Assembly (NCBI GenBank): GCA_023334545.1
Contig: JAADVB010000028.1
Coordinates: 1 to 64,000 of the forward strand
Source: Salisapilia sapeloensis CBS 127946
Lineage: Eukaryota > Protista > Oomycota
Direction: 5' to 3'
Length of the DNA stretch: 64,000 bases
Under the pieces are notes generated by a model. It was not told the origin of the DNA, did not search any database, and saw only the letters and a program-made list of their open reading frames with translations. The translations under genes and the position numbers were made by a program. Positions within the stretch are counted from its first letter, which is position 1; each line of letters starts with the position of its first letter. Below are positions 44,966-54,703 of the stretch, piece by piece.

Positions 44966-47900
44966 CTAGTCTTCACTAGTGTCACAAAATTGGAGAAGGC
45001 AGAGCGCACAGCTCTTTGTACCATCTATTTTAGCATCATCAGATGCCACGTCTCTCTTGAGGTTGAGTTCAAGACCTTGCACTGTCGGTACTTTCAACCC
45101 CGCTCGCCAGTACAAGTATATCGACAAATTGGCCACAAGCACGAAGACGACACAGTTCAGCTGAAAGAACCAACTTATACCGTTCATCCATGCCCATGAA
45201 CGCCAAGCAGCGTCTTCAGAGGAGACGGTGGGAGAGCACCAAAGTAGGTGGATAACCGTCGAAAGTGTCAGGATGTTGTAAAGACGATGGATTATCTGCA
45301 CTGGCAAGGAGCTTGCATCTCCAATCTTCTCTATGCAACGCTCAAACCGAGGCGTATTGGTTATAAAGCATATCGCCATCGCATACACGATCCAGCAATA
45401 GAGGGCGAGGCATCCCCATCCGATCTGCTGAAAGCCATACGCTACGAAGAAGCTTGTCATGGGCACAGTAAAGATGTTCTGGTCGAATAGTCCTTCTTCG
45501 GATCGTACGTCTTTAACTACTGTCTCCACTAGCTCGAGCATCGTTAAAGGCACACGAGCTGAGGCACTTGCTTTCAGTGAATTACAAATGGGGCAACGGA
45601 GACTTGACTCTAGTAGCTTTTTATCCTTGTCGATCGCATACTTCTCCAAACATACTCGATGACCTCCGATTCTACTCAGACTAATCGGATCAGTGCATTC
45701 GCACAACGTGATCCATGTTGTCGGGACATGCCGTGGACAGTTTTGTGTCAGCTCCCACTTGCGTACTTGTCGAGAAATGTATTCCACTTGCTCACAAACG
45801 ACGCAGTGCATCAAGCACTCTTGCAGTTCTCGTCCGAGACATAGAAACCTCCATGCATCTTTCGTCCAATGCATTGGCTTTGGTGTACTCTGTTCCGGAA
45901 GGTTGCCTATTACTCTTATGCATGTCGATTCAGATCGACATAGCGCTGTATCAGCAAATGATGTCGTTCTAAGCGCAGTAGCATTATCGACTTTCCATGA
46001 TAGACGTAAAGCAGGCGCTTGCCTAGTTCGGTGACTGATCGCATTGATGCTCATAGTAGCCATAAAGATCTCCTTCCAGAGAGAGGCATCATCTAGTCGC
46101 CGAAGTTCTTTACATGTAGATGTAAAGGCGACGACATCTGCTATCTGCAAGAAGTCTACGATTCGGACAAAGATATCTTCAGGAAGCTCAATCGATAGCG
46201 TCTTGGTAGCTACCTCCGTCTTGTGTGAAATCTGAGCTCCTGCCGTAGACGCCGGGAGGACGATTCGCTGATGGAAAAAGTAGGACACAGAGACGACACC
46301 GGCAGAGCAGAGGATGAGAACGAGGTGTGCAAAGTCAAAGTTCGACATACTAGTACGCTCTAGACGAGTGATACAGGTCGCTATGACCACAGCGAAGGCA
46401 GCAGACGCATACTTGCTTGTAGAAGCGGATGCTGTGCCTACCAATGGCCAACGAAAGAGACATCTTGTAGCTGCTTTCTTGTCCGAGATTTGACGTTCAT
46501 CGTCTGACGCGTGAAGCAGGACGACTTGCGCCAAGACACCTACTGACCCAGCAAATGTGCCCATGTACCCTGTTTGAGGAGATAGGGTAGGCTCATGCTT
46601 TAAAGCCTCTTCGATCGTCCAAACATTGTAAGCAAAGAGAGCTCCTAGGAGTAATGTAAACGACCAGAGAGCGTAGCCAACGACAATCAGGACGATGCTT
46701 CCACCAAATGGCTTGGTGTCTTTCGGGTGAGCTTTTGTAACGTATTGATACGTCATGGGCACGGATGAAAAGAGTGCTACTACTGCACAAGCAGTCAAAG
46801 GGAAAACAGGGATCTTCGGGCCAACATACAACAAAGCAGCATCGACAAGAACCAAGACGCTGCATGCCGACACGCCAATGAATAGACCGATGAGCAGCCT
46901 CCCAATGTCTTGCACTTGAGACTTCATGTGCTTTGGAAGGTAAAAAATCGAGGTAGAAACTTCTTCCAATCCAGCATCATTCGGACGAAACAATGGAATG
47001 GAGTAGAGTAGGAGCAACTGTGCTATCCCGTACATGGCAGCAGATGCAAAGTGAACACCAGCTACTTTGAAAAGGACTTCTCGCCAGCATAAGATCGTGA
47101 TGGAGAAGATCAGCGCGACACTCAGGATCGTCCATGCGACTCCTTGCATCGTCACGAACCTCAAGCCACCTCGAAAAGGCTGATAGAAAGTGTAAGCTGG
47201 GTGAAGGGCAGGCCCAGATGCACCGTGCGTCAGCAACATACCGACGACAGACGACGCACAGCCGAAAGAGTACATGACTTCTCGAACTGGGAATGAATAT
47301 TCGACTCCTCTTAGGAACTCAGAGGCAGCCAGTAGGGAGCTGGAACCGACTGTGATGAAGATATTGACTGCTGCTCGCCACTTTAGCGAAGCGATATCTG
47401 ATAAGACGGATGTGTTTCGTTCAAGAACTTGGTCAGTGCATGTAGATGGCTCAGGGGAGAGTTGGAACGAAGTCATGGACCACAGGAGGCACATGGGTGG
47501 GAAGATTCCGAAGACACCAAGCAAACTGTAAACGCCTGTGGGTAATTCACCAGTTGAATGCAGTAAAGCAAGGCTTTCAAAGAGGATGTCAACTGCAAAG
47601 AGTGTCCAGCCAAGACCTTGGCGAATGACATGGTCCGAGCCTCCTTCAAAAGGTTGCCACAATCGAAACTTATCATACAGACGCGTGCCGGAGAATTGTG
47701 CAACGATCGACGCGATGATTATCATGGAGACTCCGATCGTCAAGATGAAGGCCTGGAGTGGTTCATGCATCTCGTCTTTATACATGTCCACAATCGCATG
47801 TACCACTAAAGAGGAAAGACAACACAAAATCACCATGGCGTTCTCTCCTTTTGCCGAGTCTGGTTTATCCATAGATGCACTGCGAGGACGGTTGCCAACT

Positions 47901-49312
47901 GCAGGACGAAGAGAGGTATCAGAAGGAACAAAGTAGGATAGAGAGACGCCAATGGCGAAGGCCGCGGCGACTCCGAGTCCAAGGACGAAGAGAGAAGGGA
48001 GTTCCCCCATCCTGTCTCGATTGAGACAAAGGACGATGGAGAGTGCGAGGAAGAAGCCGTACCAGAGCCAGCCGATGGTCTGAAGAAAGACGAACTTGGC
48101 GCCTCCACGAAAGGGCTGCCACACTTGATACCCAGCACATGAACGCAAGCCAGCAGTATGAGCGACAGGGGTAGCTAGAGCGATGGACAGAATATAGAGT
48201 TTCCACAGCGCGAGCGTGTGGCCTTGGACGAATCTGTTCATGGCACTAGGTAATGCCTCGGCACGTGCACAATGAGAGAGAGCTCCACCAGCTAGCGCCC
48301 AGACACACATGATGACACTCACGTAGAGCTGTCGAGGTCTGTTGCGTAGGAAGTGATCTTCATGAGATTTAAACTTACTAGGTGCGTCCGTCGCGTACGG
48401 TCGAAAGTATTGGAGTGATAGCAAAAGGAGGATCTGAGAGACAAGACCGTTGACGCCGATGAAGGCTATGGTCCCGACGGAGTACACTGGCATGGAGCCT
48501 GTAGTAGAGTCTTCGACGGTAATGAGGAGCAAAGCCCCTGCTAAGGAGCATGCAAAGAGCTGCCAGCCAATGTATTGAACCAGTAGAAACATTCGTCCAC
48601 CTTCAAAGGGCTGCCAGAGCTTATATCCAGGCACGTCTCTCCATCCACAACCGACGTGGATGAGCACTGCTGATATGATAAACTCGATGCAAGCAGTGAT
48701 GAGGACGCTGGATGTGTGCAAGGTATGCTTCTCGTCTACTTCTATTAAGATGAACATGAGTGCGCCAGACGTCGCTAGCAAGAGACCTAATGCAGCCTTG
48801 ACGCTCTTCCACGGAGCTCGTGGTCTATTTGATGAAAGCGTTCCCGTCGTATCGACACTTGGATGAAATGTACTAAAAGAATGTCTAGGAGGTTTATCGC
48901 AACAGTTGAGACTGAGATTTAGCAGGATCTGCGCAGAGAAGCTGATAACGCCTAGAAAGAGGTACTGCCCATCAAACCACTTGGCTTTCTCTACATTCGC
49001 GACACTGACGACTGCTGCCGTCAAAGACAGGGTATGTAGCGTCCATCCGATGGTCTGTAAGAATATAAATTCCAGTCCACCTTCAAATGGCATCCACCAT
49101 CGAAACGTAGAGGACTGTAGTGAACCAGCTAGTAACGTCAGTGGGCCTGTCCAGGCAAAGCTTAGAGCTCCAATTGCAATCAAAGTCCATGCCGATTCTG
49201 AAACTACTTCTGCAGCAATGTAGAGGAAGAAAGCAGCAACAGAAAGTACCAAAGCACCTAGCCGTAGTTCTTGACTTGACCGCTGCATGAGACAAGAGGA
49301 AGTGTCGATCAT
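44966..49312 (-). CDS. 1448-aa polytopic membrane protein: six PFxGG repeats + F-box-like + RING-CH-like finger + C-terminal TM helices
   Basis: Intronless ORF. Repeats: WMPFEGGLEFIFLQTIGW, WQPFEGGRMFLLVQYIGW, WQPFRGGAKFVFLQTIGW, WQPFEGGSDHVIRQGLGW, YQPFRGGLRFVTMQGVAW, KPFGGSIVLIVVGY. F-box-like ELPEDIFVRIVDFL...TCKELRRL...LWK. RING-CH-like CVVC...CEC...HRVC...CPIC. Confidence 0.75.
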   Translation of the reverse strand: MIDTSSCLMQRSSQELRLGALVLSVAAFFLYIAAEVVSESAWTLIAIGALSFAWTGPLTLLAGSLQSSTFRWWMPFEGGLEFIFLQTIGWTLHTLSLTAAVVSVANVEKAKWFDGQYLFLGVISFSAQILLNLSLNCCDKPPRHSFSTFHPSVDTTGTLSSNRPRAPWKSVKAALGLLLATSGALMFILIEVDEKHTLHTSSVLITACIEFIISAVLIHVGCGWRDVPGYKLWQPFEGGRMFLLVQYIGWQLFACSLAGALLLITVEDSTTGSMPVYSVGTIAFIGVNGLVSQILLLLSLQYFRPYATDAPSKFKSHEDHFLRNRPRQLYVSVIMCVWALAGGALSHCARAEALPSAMNRFVQGHTLALWKLYILSIALATPVAHTAGLRSCAGYQVWQPFRGGAKFVFLQTIGWLWYGFFLALSIVLCLNRDRMGELPSLFVLGLGVAAAFAIGVSLSYFVPSDTSLRPAVGNRPRSASMDKPDSAKGENAMVILCCLSSLVVHAIVDMYKDEMHEPLQAFILTIGVSMIIIASIVAQFSGTRLYDKFRLWQPFEGGSDHVIRQGLGWTLFAVDILFESLALLHSTGELPTGVYSLLGVFGIFPPMCLLWSMTSFQLSPEPSTCTDQVLERNTSVLSDIASLKWRAAVNIFITVGSSSLLAASEFLRGVEYSFPVREVMYSFGCASSVVGMLLTHGASGPALHPAYTFYQPFRGGLRFVTMQGVAWTILSVALIFSITILCWREVLFKVAGVHFASAAMYGIAQLLLLYSIPLFRPNDAGLEEVSTSIFYLPKHMKSQVQDIGRLLIGLFIGVSACSVLVLVDAALLYVGPKIPVFPLTACAVVALFSSVPMTYQYVTKAHPKDTKPFGGSIVLIVVGYALWSFTLLLGALFAYNVWTIEEALKHEPTLSPQTGYMGTFAGSVGVLAQVVLLHASDDERQISDKKAATRCLFRWPLVGTASASTSKYASAAFAVVIATCITRLERTSMSNFDFAHLVLILCSAGVVSVSYFFHQRIVLPASTAGAQISHKTEVATKTLSIELPEDIFVRIVDFLQIADVVAFTSTCKELRRLDDASLWKEIFMATMSINAISHRTRQAPALRLSWKVDNATALRTTSFADTALCRSESTCIRVIGNLPEQSTPKPMHWTKDAWRFLCLGRELQECLMHCVVCEQVEYISRQVRKWELTQNCPRHVPTTWITLCECTDPISLSRIGGHRVCLEKYAIDKDKKLLESSLRCPICNSLKASASARVPLTMLELVETVVKDVRSEEGLFDQNIFTVPMTSFFVAYGFQQIGWGCLALYCWIVYAMAICFITNTPRFERCIEKIGDASSLPVQIIHRLYNILTLSTVIHLLWCSPTVSSEDAAWRSWAWMNGISWFFQLNCVVFVLVANLSIYLYWRAGLKVPTVQGLELNLKRDVASDDAKIDGTKSCALCLLQFCDTSED

Positions 49313-49406
49313 AGAAGGTGTCAGGCTAATTCACAGCCTTATTCAGCTCTATTTTAGTCTGATGGATAAATATAGCATCATTCGATTCTCGACACAAAGT
49401 ACAAAA

Positions 49407-51304
49407 ATGCGTTTTGGAGGCTTTGGGGTGCTTGTGCTCGGGTTTTGCCGAGCTGTTCAAGCTACTTCGTACTGTCTAGATGCTGCATTAGAACTGCACT
49501 TTGATGAGGAGTCAATAGCTAGAGCCCAGTATGCTGAATTGAAGGAAAAATTGCGAGCTGATAGGAGCTGCCTGCGACATCAGGCGAATACGGCCGTGAT
49601 TGATAACTTGCAAAGGAGAATTCCATCTATGGAGTCACATGCAGTGGATTGCATGGGTTTGAGTACACCAGACGAACAGGACAAGAAGCCTGGTATGTTG
49701 TCGATCGTGTCTATATGCTCCAAGACGCAAGATGCTAGGACGGACGAATGGGAGTCTGGTGTGCATCAGCTACTAGAAAAAGCATACCCGACAGGTGCAG
49801 ACGACAACAGAATTGCCATGGGTGATTTGACGGCCTTAGTTTCATCTGTCATGATTTCAGACGGGTATGAACTGCCGACAGGAACTGGCATGCCAAGTTT
49901 CGAGCTGCTTCACGCTGAATTTAACATTGATTCGTTCTCCAAAGCAAGCCAAGTGGATCTCACGATAGGTAACAACGGCAAAGTACCTTTATACGTCTTT
50001 GGTACCGCTGCAACCCACCGTGAGACGCATGAGTCGACAATATTTATGGCCAAGGAGGTAGCAACGATCCTGCCATCTCAATCCCAATCAATCGCATTCA
50101 CCTCTTCTTTCGAAATGCACATTGGATACAACGAAAGTATCGTCCTGTACGTTGGTCACAGTAGTTTCCTAGCCCATCGCTTCACCGGTGTCGTCCAAGA
50201 TGTTACTTTTCTGTTTGAAGCTCCTGCATCCTTCGGTCGCTCCGTCTTCCAAGCACGAGATGGCACCCCTCTGGATCCATCGACCTTGACGTCAGATGTG
50301 ACTTCTCTATTCCCTTCTTTTCCGTATTCAGCCTGGAAAGTCTACTCAATCGTCCTTGTCGTCGTCGTGGCAATCACGACAGTCTTGTACGTACGACGGA
50401 AGTGGGCTCGGAAGATCCGGCTGGTGTGTGGCAGCAGCCAGATAGCATCTCGAGTCCCCACGAGAGAGCAGAGGCAGCAGCAAGCACAAGCAAGTGGGTA
50501 TACTCCATCCACTTCAGATGACATAGGAAAGCAGCAAGGTGCTAGTCACACTGGCATTGAGATGGGACCGGTAAAGTCTGCTAGTACCAAGACTGTGCCT
50601 ACGGAGTGGGGATTAAATACAGAGGCAGGTGCTTCGTGGAGGCCAAAGACCAAGTACGTATGTGTAGCTATCGCTGGACGATATGTGCTTACGTTGGACA
50701 AAGTAGATTACCTCTAAAGAAGCCATTAAAACAACCGACTACGACTCAGACACCTCCAAGGTAGAGTCTAGACGTTGTTTAGAAGCTATTGCTGATAGAT
50801 TGACATCTATGGGAATAGTCGAAGTGTATCAGCTGTGTCTGAAAGGAAGCAGGTGCAAGCGAAACCTTCGTATACATTGGTCTTGGACGAGGCTATACGA
50901 TCGTTAAGTGGACAAGAGTTTGAACGATTATGGGAGGAATATGTAGAGAGGTATCATTGCACTTGCTGATAGTGTCTACGAAGGTGACTAATGAGATCAT
51001 CCTATTGTACAGGAGCGTGGCTACGTTTCAACTATCCTCTGCACTTGATGGCGAACGTTTAGTACAGAAGATGGAGGAGCATCACGTCGCTTGCATCGCG
51101 AGTGGAGCTGTCGATGGTACACAAAAGTTCGTCTTCTACGGCAAAGTCAAGGGGGAAGGAGACTACCTGTTAGAGACAGTCGACGTGACTTCCACCTTTG
51201 ACACTTCCCTCCACCTCCGAACCTCGAGACTTCTAGCAGGAAATATCGTCCAGGCATTCGAAGCATTCGTCCGACAGCAAGTGACAAGTTGCATGCAGCA
51301 ATAA
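49407..51304 (+). CDS. Type I membrane protein with LamG/ConA-like ectodomain and cytosolic beta-adaptin appendage-like domain (4 exons)
   Basis: Signal peptide MRFGGFGVLVLGFCRAVQA and TM AWKVYSIVLVVVVAITTVLYV followed by RRKW. Three phase-2 GT-AG introns (from about 50656, 50760 and 50951) keep the frame into LVLDE...SGQEFERLWEEY...VACIASGAVDGTQKFVFYG. TAA at 51302-51304. Confidence 0.7.
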
Positions 51305-51419
51305 ACTAGCACCATCTTTATCCATCCACACACACATCAAAGTAGAAGAGAGACGTAATGAGACTGCATGTCGAAAAATTAATGATTAAACTTTCGAGTA
51401 TAACTCCTACGGACGAAAT

Positions 51420-53402
51420 CTAGAGCTCATCGTGATCATCGTCGTCAAAGTCAAAGTCGTCTTCCGTGTCCGTCGTGCTTTCGCCACCCTGGTACACCTT
51501 GGCCATGATCGGGTTGACCACCTTCTCCACTTCCTTTTGCTTGGCGTCAAAGTCCTCCTTGTCCGCCTCCGTGTTGTCATCCAACCAGTCCATGGCGTCC
51601 TGCACGGCAGTCAAGACAGCGTCCTTGTCGTCCTCATCCAACTTGTCCTCGAGCTTCTCCTCGACGTTGTTCTTGAGAGAGTACAAGTATCCTTCGAGCG
51701 AGTTACGGCCATCAATACGGTCCTTGGCGCGCTTGTCCTCTTCGGCGTACTCCTCTGCCTCCTGGACCATGCGGTCGATCTCTTCCTGGGACAATCGGCC
51801 CTTCTCGGCCGTAATCGTAATCGACTCGGCCTTGCCGGTGCCCTTGTCTTCCGCAGACACTTGCAAGATACCGTTCGCGTCGACTTCAAACGTGACTTCG
51901 ATCTGAGGCACGCCACGCGGAGCAGGCGGGATGCCCGTGAGTTCGAACTTGCCGAGCTGACGGTTGTCCTTGGTCATCGAACGTTCACCCTCGAAGACCT
52001 GGATCATGACCGCTGGCTGGTTGTCCTGGTACGTCGAGAACGTCTGGGACTTCTTCGTCGGAATGACCGTGTTACGGTTGATGAGCTTAGTCATGACGCC
52101 ACCGACCGTCTCGATACCCTGTGAGAGAGGAACAACATCGATGAGCAACAAGTCCTTGGTCGTGTCGTCGTGGTCACCACGAAGGATACCGCCCTGGACG
52201 GCAGCACCGTAAGCGACAGCTTCGTCCGGGTTGACACCACGCGAAGGCTCCTTGCCGTTGAAGTAGTCCTTGATGAGCTGCTGGACCTTGGGGATACGCG
52301 TGGAACCACCGACGAGGACAATCTCATCAACCTCCGACTTCTTCATGTCGGCGTCGTTCAAGACCTTTTCGACCGGACCGAGTGTCTTCTTAAACAGGTC
52401 TTCGTTGAGCTTTTCGAAACGTGCACGGCTAAGCGACTCGGAGAAGTCTTCACCATCAATGAGAGATTCGATTTCCATACGCGCTTGTGTCTGCGTCGAC
52501 AGAGCGCGCTTGACACGCTCGGCTTCACGACGCATCTTCTGGAGCGCACGCTTGTCCGAGTTCAAGTCAATGCTCTTGTCCTTCTTGAGCTTCTTGCTAA
52601 AGTACTGCATGATGCGCTGGTCAAAGTCTTCGCCACCCAAGTGCGTGTCTCCGTTCGTGGCAAGCACTTCAAAGACGCCAGCGTCGATCGACAAGAGCGT
52701 CACGTCGAAGGTACCTCCACCAAGATCAAAGACCAAGACGTTCTTCTCACCCTGCGTCTTCTTGTCGATACCGTACGCAATAGCGGCGGCAGTCGGCTCG
52801 TTAATGATACGCTGGACGGTCAGACCGGCAATGGTACCGGCGTCCTTGGTGGCCTGACGCTGGGCGTCGTTAAAGTAAGCAGGGACCGTGACCACAGCGT
52901 CGTGGACATCACTGCCAATGTAGTTCTCCGAGATCTGCTTCATTTTGGTAAGCACCATGGCCGAAACTTCTTCCGGCGCAAACTGCTTCTTCTCGTCCTT
53001 GACCGTCACCTCAATAAACGGCTTGCCTTCCTTGTTCACAATGTTGTACGGAAGGAGTTTCTTGTCGGCTTGCACCGACTTGTCATTGTACTTGCGTCCG
53101 ATGAGACGCTTGACATCGAAGAGCGTCTTCTCCGGGTTGATCGTCGCCTGGTTCTTGGCGCCGTCACCGATCAAACGCTCGTCGCTAGAGTCCCACGCAA
53201 CGTACGACGGCGTGATACGGTTACCCTGGTCGTTCGCAATGATCTCGACCTTTTGGTCCTTGTAGTACCCGACGCACGAGTACGTCGTACCGAGATCGAT
53301 ACCGATGACCGGACCCTGCGGGGTCTTGGACTCATCAGCAGCGACAGTCGCGACGCCAGCCATCATTGTGGCAGCGGCCGCCACAATTTTCCACAGATTC
53401 AT
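51420..53402 (-). CDS. BiP: ER-luminal Hsp70 BiP/GRP78
   Basis: Signal peptide, [71 protein letters not shown] and C-terminal HDEL. Intronless. ATG at 53402. Confidence 0.98.
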   Translation of the reverse strand: MNLWKIVAAAATMMAGVATVAADESKTPQGPVIGIDLGTTYSCVGYYKDQKVEIIANDQGNRITPSYVAWDSSDERLIGDGAKNQATINPEKTLFDVKRLIGRKYNDKSVQADKKLLPYNIVNKEGKPFIEVTVKDEKKQFAPEEVSAMVLTKMKQISENYIGSDVHDAVVTVPAYFNDAQRQATKDAGTIAGLTVQRIINEPTAAAIAYGIDKKTQGEKNVLVFDLGGGTFDVTLLSIDAGVFEVLATNGDTHLGGEDFDQRIMQYFSKKLKKDKSIDLNSDKRALQKMRREAERVKRALSTQTQARMEIESLIDGEDFSESLSRARFEKLNEDLFKKTLGPVEKVLNDADMKKSEVDEIVLVGGSTRIPKVQQLIKDYFNGKEPSRGVNPDEAVAYGAAVQGGILRGDHDDTTKDLLLIDVVPLSQGIETVGGVMTKLINRNTVIPTKKSQTFSTYQDNQPAVMIQVFEGERSMTKDNRQLGKFELTGIPPAPRGVPQIEVTFEVDANGILQVSAEDKGTGKAESITITAEKGRLSQEEIDRMVQEAEEYAEEDKRAKDRIDGRNSLEGYLYSLKNNVEEKLEDKLDEDDKDAVLTAVQDAMDWLDDNTEADKEDFDAKQKEVEKVVNPIMAKVYQGGESTTDTEDDFDFDDDDHDEL

Positions 53403-53495
53403 GCTTCCTTGTCTAGCTTGTGAGAGTTGGACTTGTTCGTCTTGCGTCAAAAAGCGGAATGAATAAATGGATCGGATGGAGATACTTCCTTGGAT

Positions 53496-53546
53496 ACGTG
53501 TCGCCTTGCTACGTTTGCACGTGGCAGTTCCGAGTATACTTTACGT
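53496..53546. promoter_or_regulatory. Cluster of four ACGT cores (bZIP/UPR-element-like) upstream of BiP
   Basis: ACGT at 53496, 53511, 53519 (GCACGTGGC) and 53543 (TTACGTCA), 94-144 nt upstream of the BiP ATG. An INR-like TCATTCC lies on the minus strand near 53456-53462. Confidence 0.4.
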
Positions 53547-53745
53547 CAGACGATAGGGAAACAGCCTCGTTGACTTGCGATCGTGTCGGATGTATTCGAC
53601 GAAACCAGTAGAATTTTCCAGAACAGTAGAAGCAGGATGTATTTACAAGGATTGGTTTCTAAGTGCGTATTGAACATGCGCAATTATGTAAAACACCCGA
53701 ATCAACATGAACGATAGGAGGATGCGCATTTAACCGAAGCGCATC

Positions 53746-54693
53746 ATGGACGTTGTGCTCCTCGGGTCCGGACCATCGAGCTCCGTGCCTTCAATTCGAT
53801 GTCTCTTGACTCCAATTCGCGATGCGCATAGTGACCATGCCCATCAAGTTTGTACAGTGTGTGACGAGGCTCATCGGAACCCATTGTCCAAGAACCGGAG
53901 ACTGAATCCGACGCTGCTGCTTCGAGACCGTCGTCATTCGAAGGATGAGCCTGTAGACATTCTAATCGATTGTGGCAAGACTTTTCGTGAATCTGCATTG
54001 CGTTTCTTCCCGACACTAGGTGTGTCGGAGATCCAGTCGCTCATTCTAACCCACGGCCATGCCGATGCTTGTCTTGGCATGGACGACTTGCGGGAAGTCC
54101 AGCCCAAGCACAGTAAAGACGGCACGCCAGTCCATTGCAGCGCTTTCACTAAGAAAGAGATTGGAAAGCGGTTTGACTACCTCGTGCCGAAGCCTCCATC
54201 TCGTGGTGAGCAAAAGAAGCTCATTCGATGGGTCGCACAGCTCGCTTTTAACGTCTTTGAGCCGTACGAGCCGTTCGTCGTGAAAGGAGGATTGAAACTC
54301 ACACCATTCCCAGTGAGCCATGGCAATGACTACACTTCCTACGGCTTTGATTTTGGACAGGAAGTTGGCGTTCGACTCGTCTACATCTCTGATGTGAGTG
54401 AGCTTCCATCGGAAGCAACAAGCTTCCTCACGAATGGTCAAGAGATTGACATCCTTATCCTCGATGCACTGACGATCGAACGTTTCCACCCAACGCACTT
54501 GAATCTGCCGAAAGCCATCAGCATCATCCGTCAGCTTCGACCAAAGCGATCGATTCTAACGGGCATGGGCCACTCTTTTGACTACTACAGTCCTCCGCCA
54601 GAGCTACAAGACTTAGAAAGCGAAGGGCTTCATGTCGAAATGGGTTTCGATGGTCTTGAACTGTCGTTCCCACAATCGAATGAAGTCGAATAA
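53746..54693 (+). CDS. PhnP-like metallo-beta-lactamase-fold hydrolase
   Basis: VLLGSGPSSSVP, C.VC, NRRLNPTLL, ILIDCGKTF, LTHGHADACLGMDDLR, FPVSHG, VYISDVS, HPTHLNL and LTGMGH. Intronless 315 aa. Confidence 0.9.
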   Translation: MDVVLLGSGPSSSVPSIRCLLTPIRDAHSDHAHQVCTVCDEAHRNPLSKNRRLNPTLLLRDRRHSKDEPVDILIDCGKTFRESALRFFPTLGVSEIQSLILTHGHADACLGMDDLREVQPKHSKDGTPVHCSAFTKKEIGKRFDYLVPKPPSRGEQKKLIRWVAQLAFNVFEPYEPFVVKGGLKLTPFPVSHGNDYTSYGFDFGQEVGVRLVYISDVSELPSEATSFLTNGQEIDILILDALTIERFHPTHLNLPKAISIIRQLRPKRSILTGMGHSFDYYSPPPELQDLESEGLHVEMGFDGLELSFPQSNEVE

Positions 54694-54703
54694 AAAGTGA
54701 ACA

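Noticed and set aside
49287-49406. Apparent coding overlap between the 1448-aa gene and the 476-aa ORF start
   Set aside because: The signal peptide begins at ATG 49407. The upstream extension is incidental open frame.
51432-53423. Long antisense ORFs (230 aa and 417 aa, same frame) opposite BiP
   Set aside because: These are the known Hsp70 antisense shadow caused by conservation and codon bias. The same shadow was once reported as an NAD-specific glutamate dehydrogenase in the oomycete Achlya klebsiana and later judged spurious. They are exact codon complements of BiP and carry no independent motifs.
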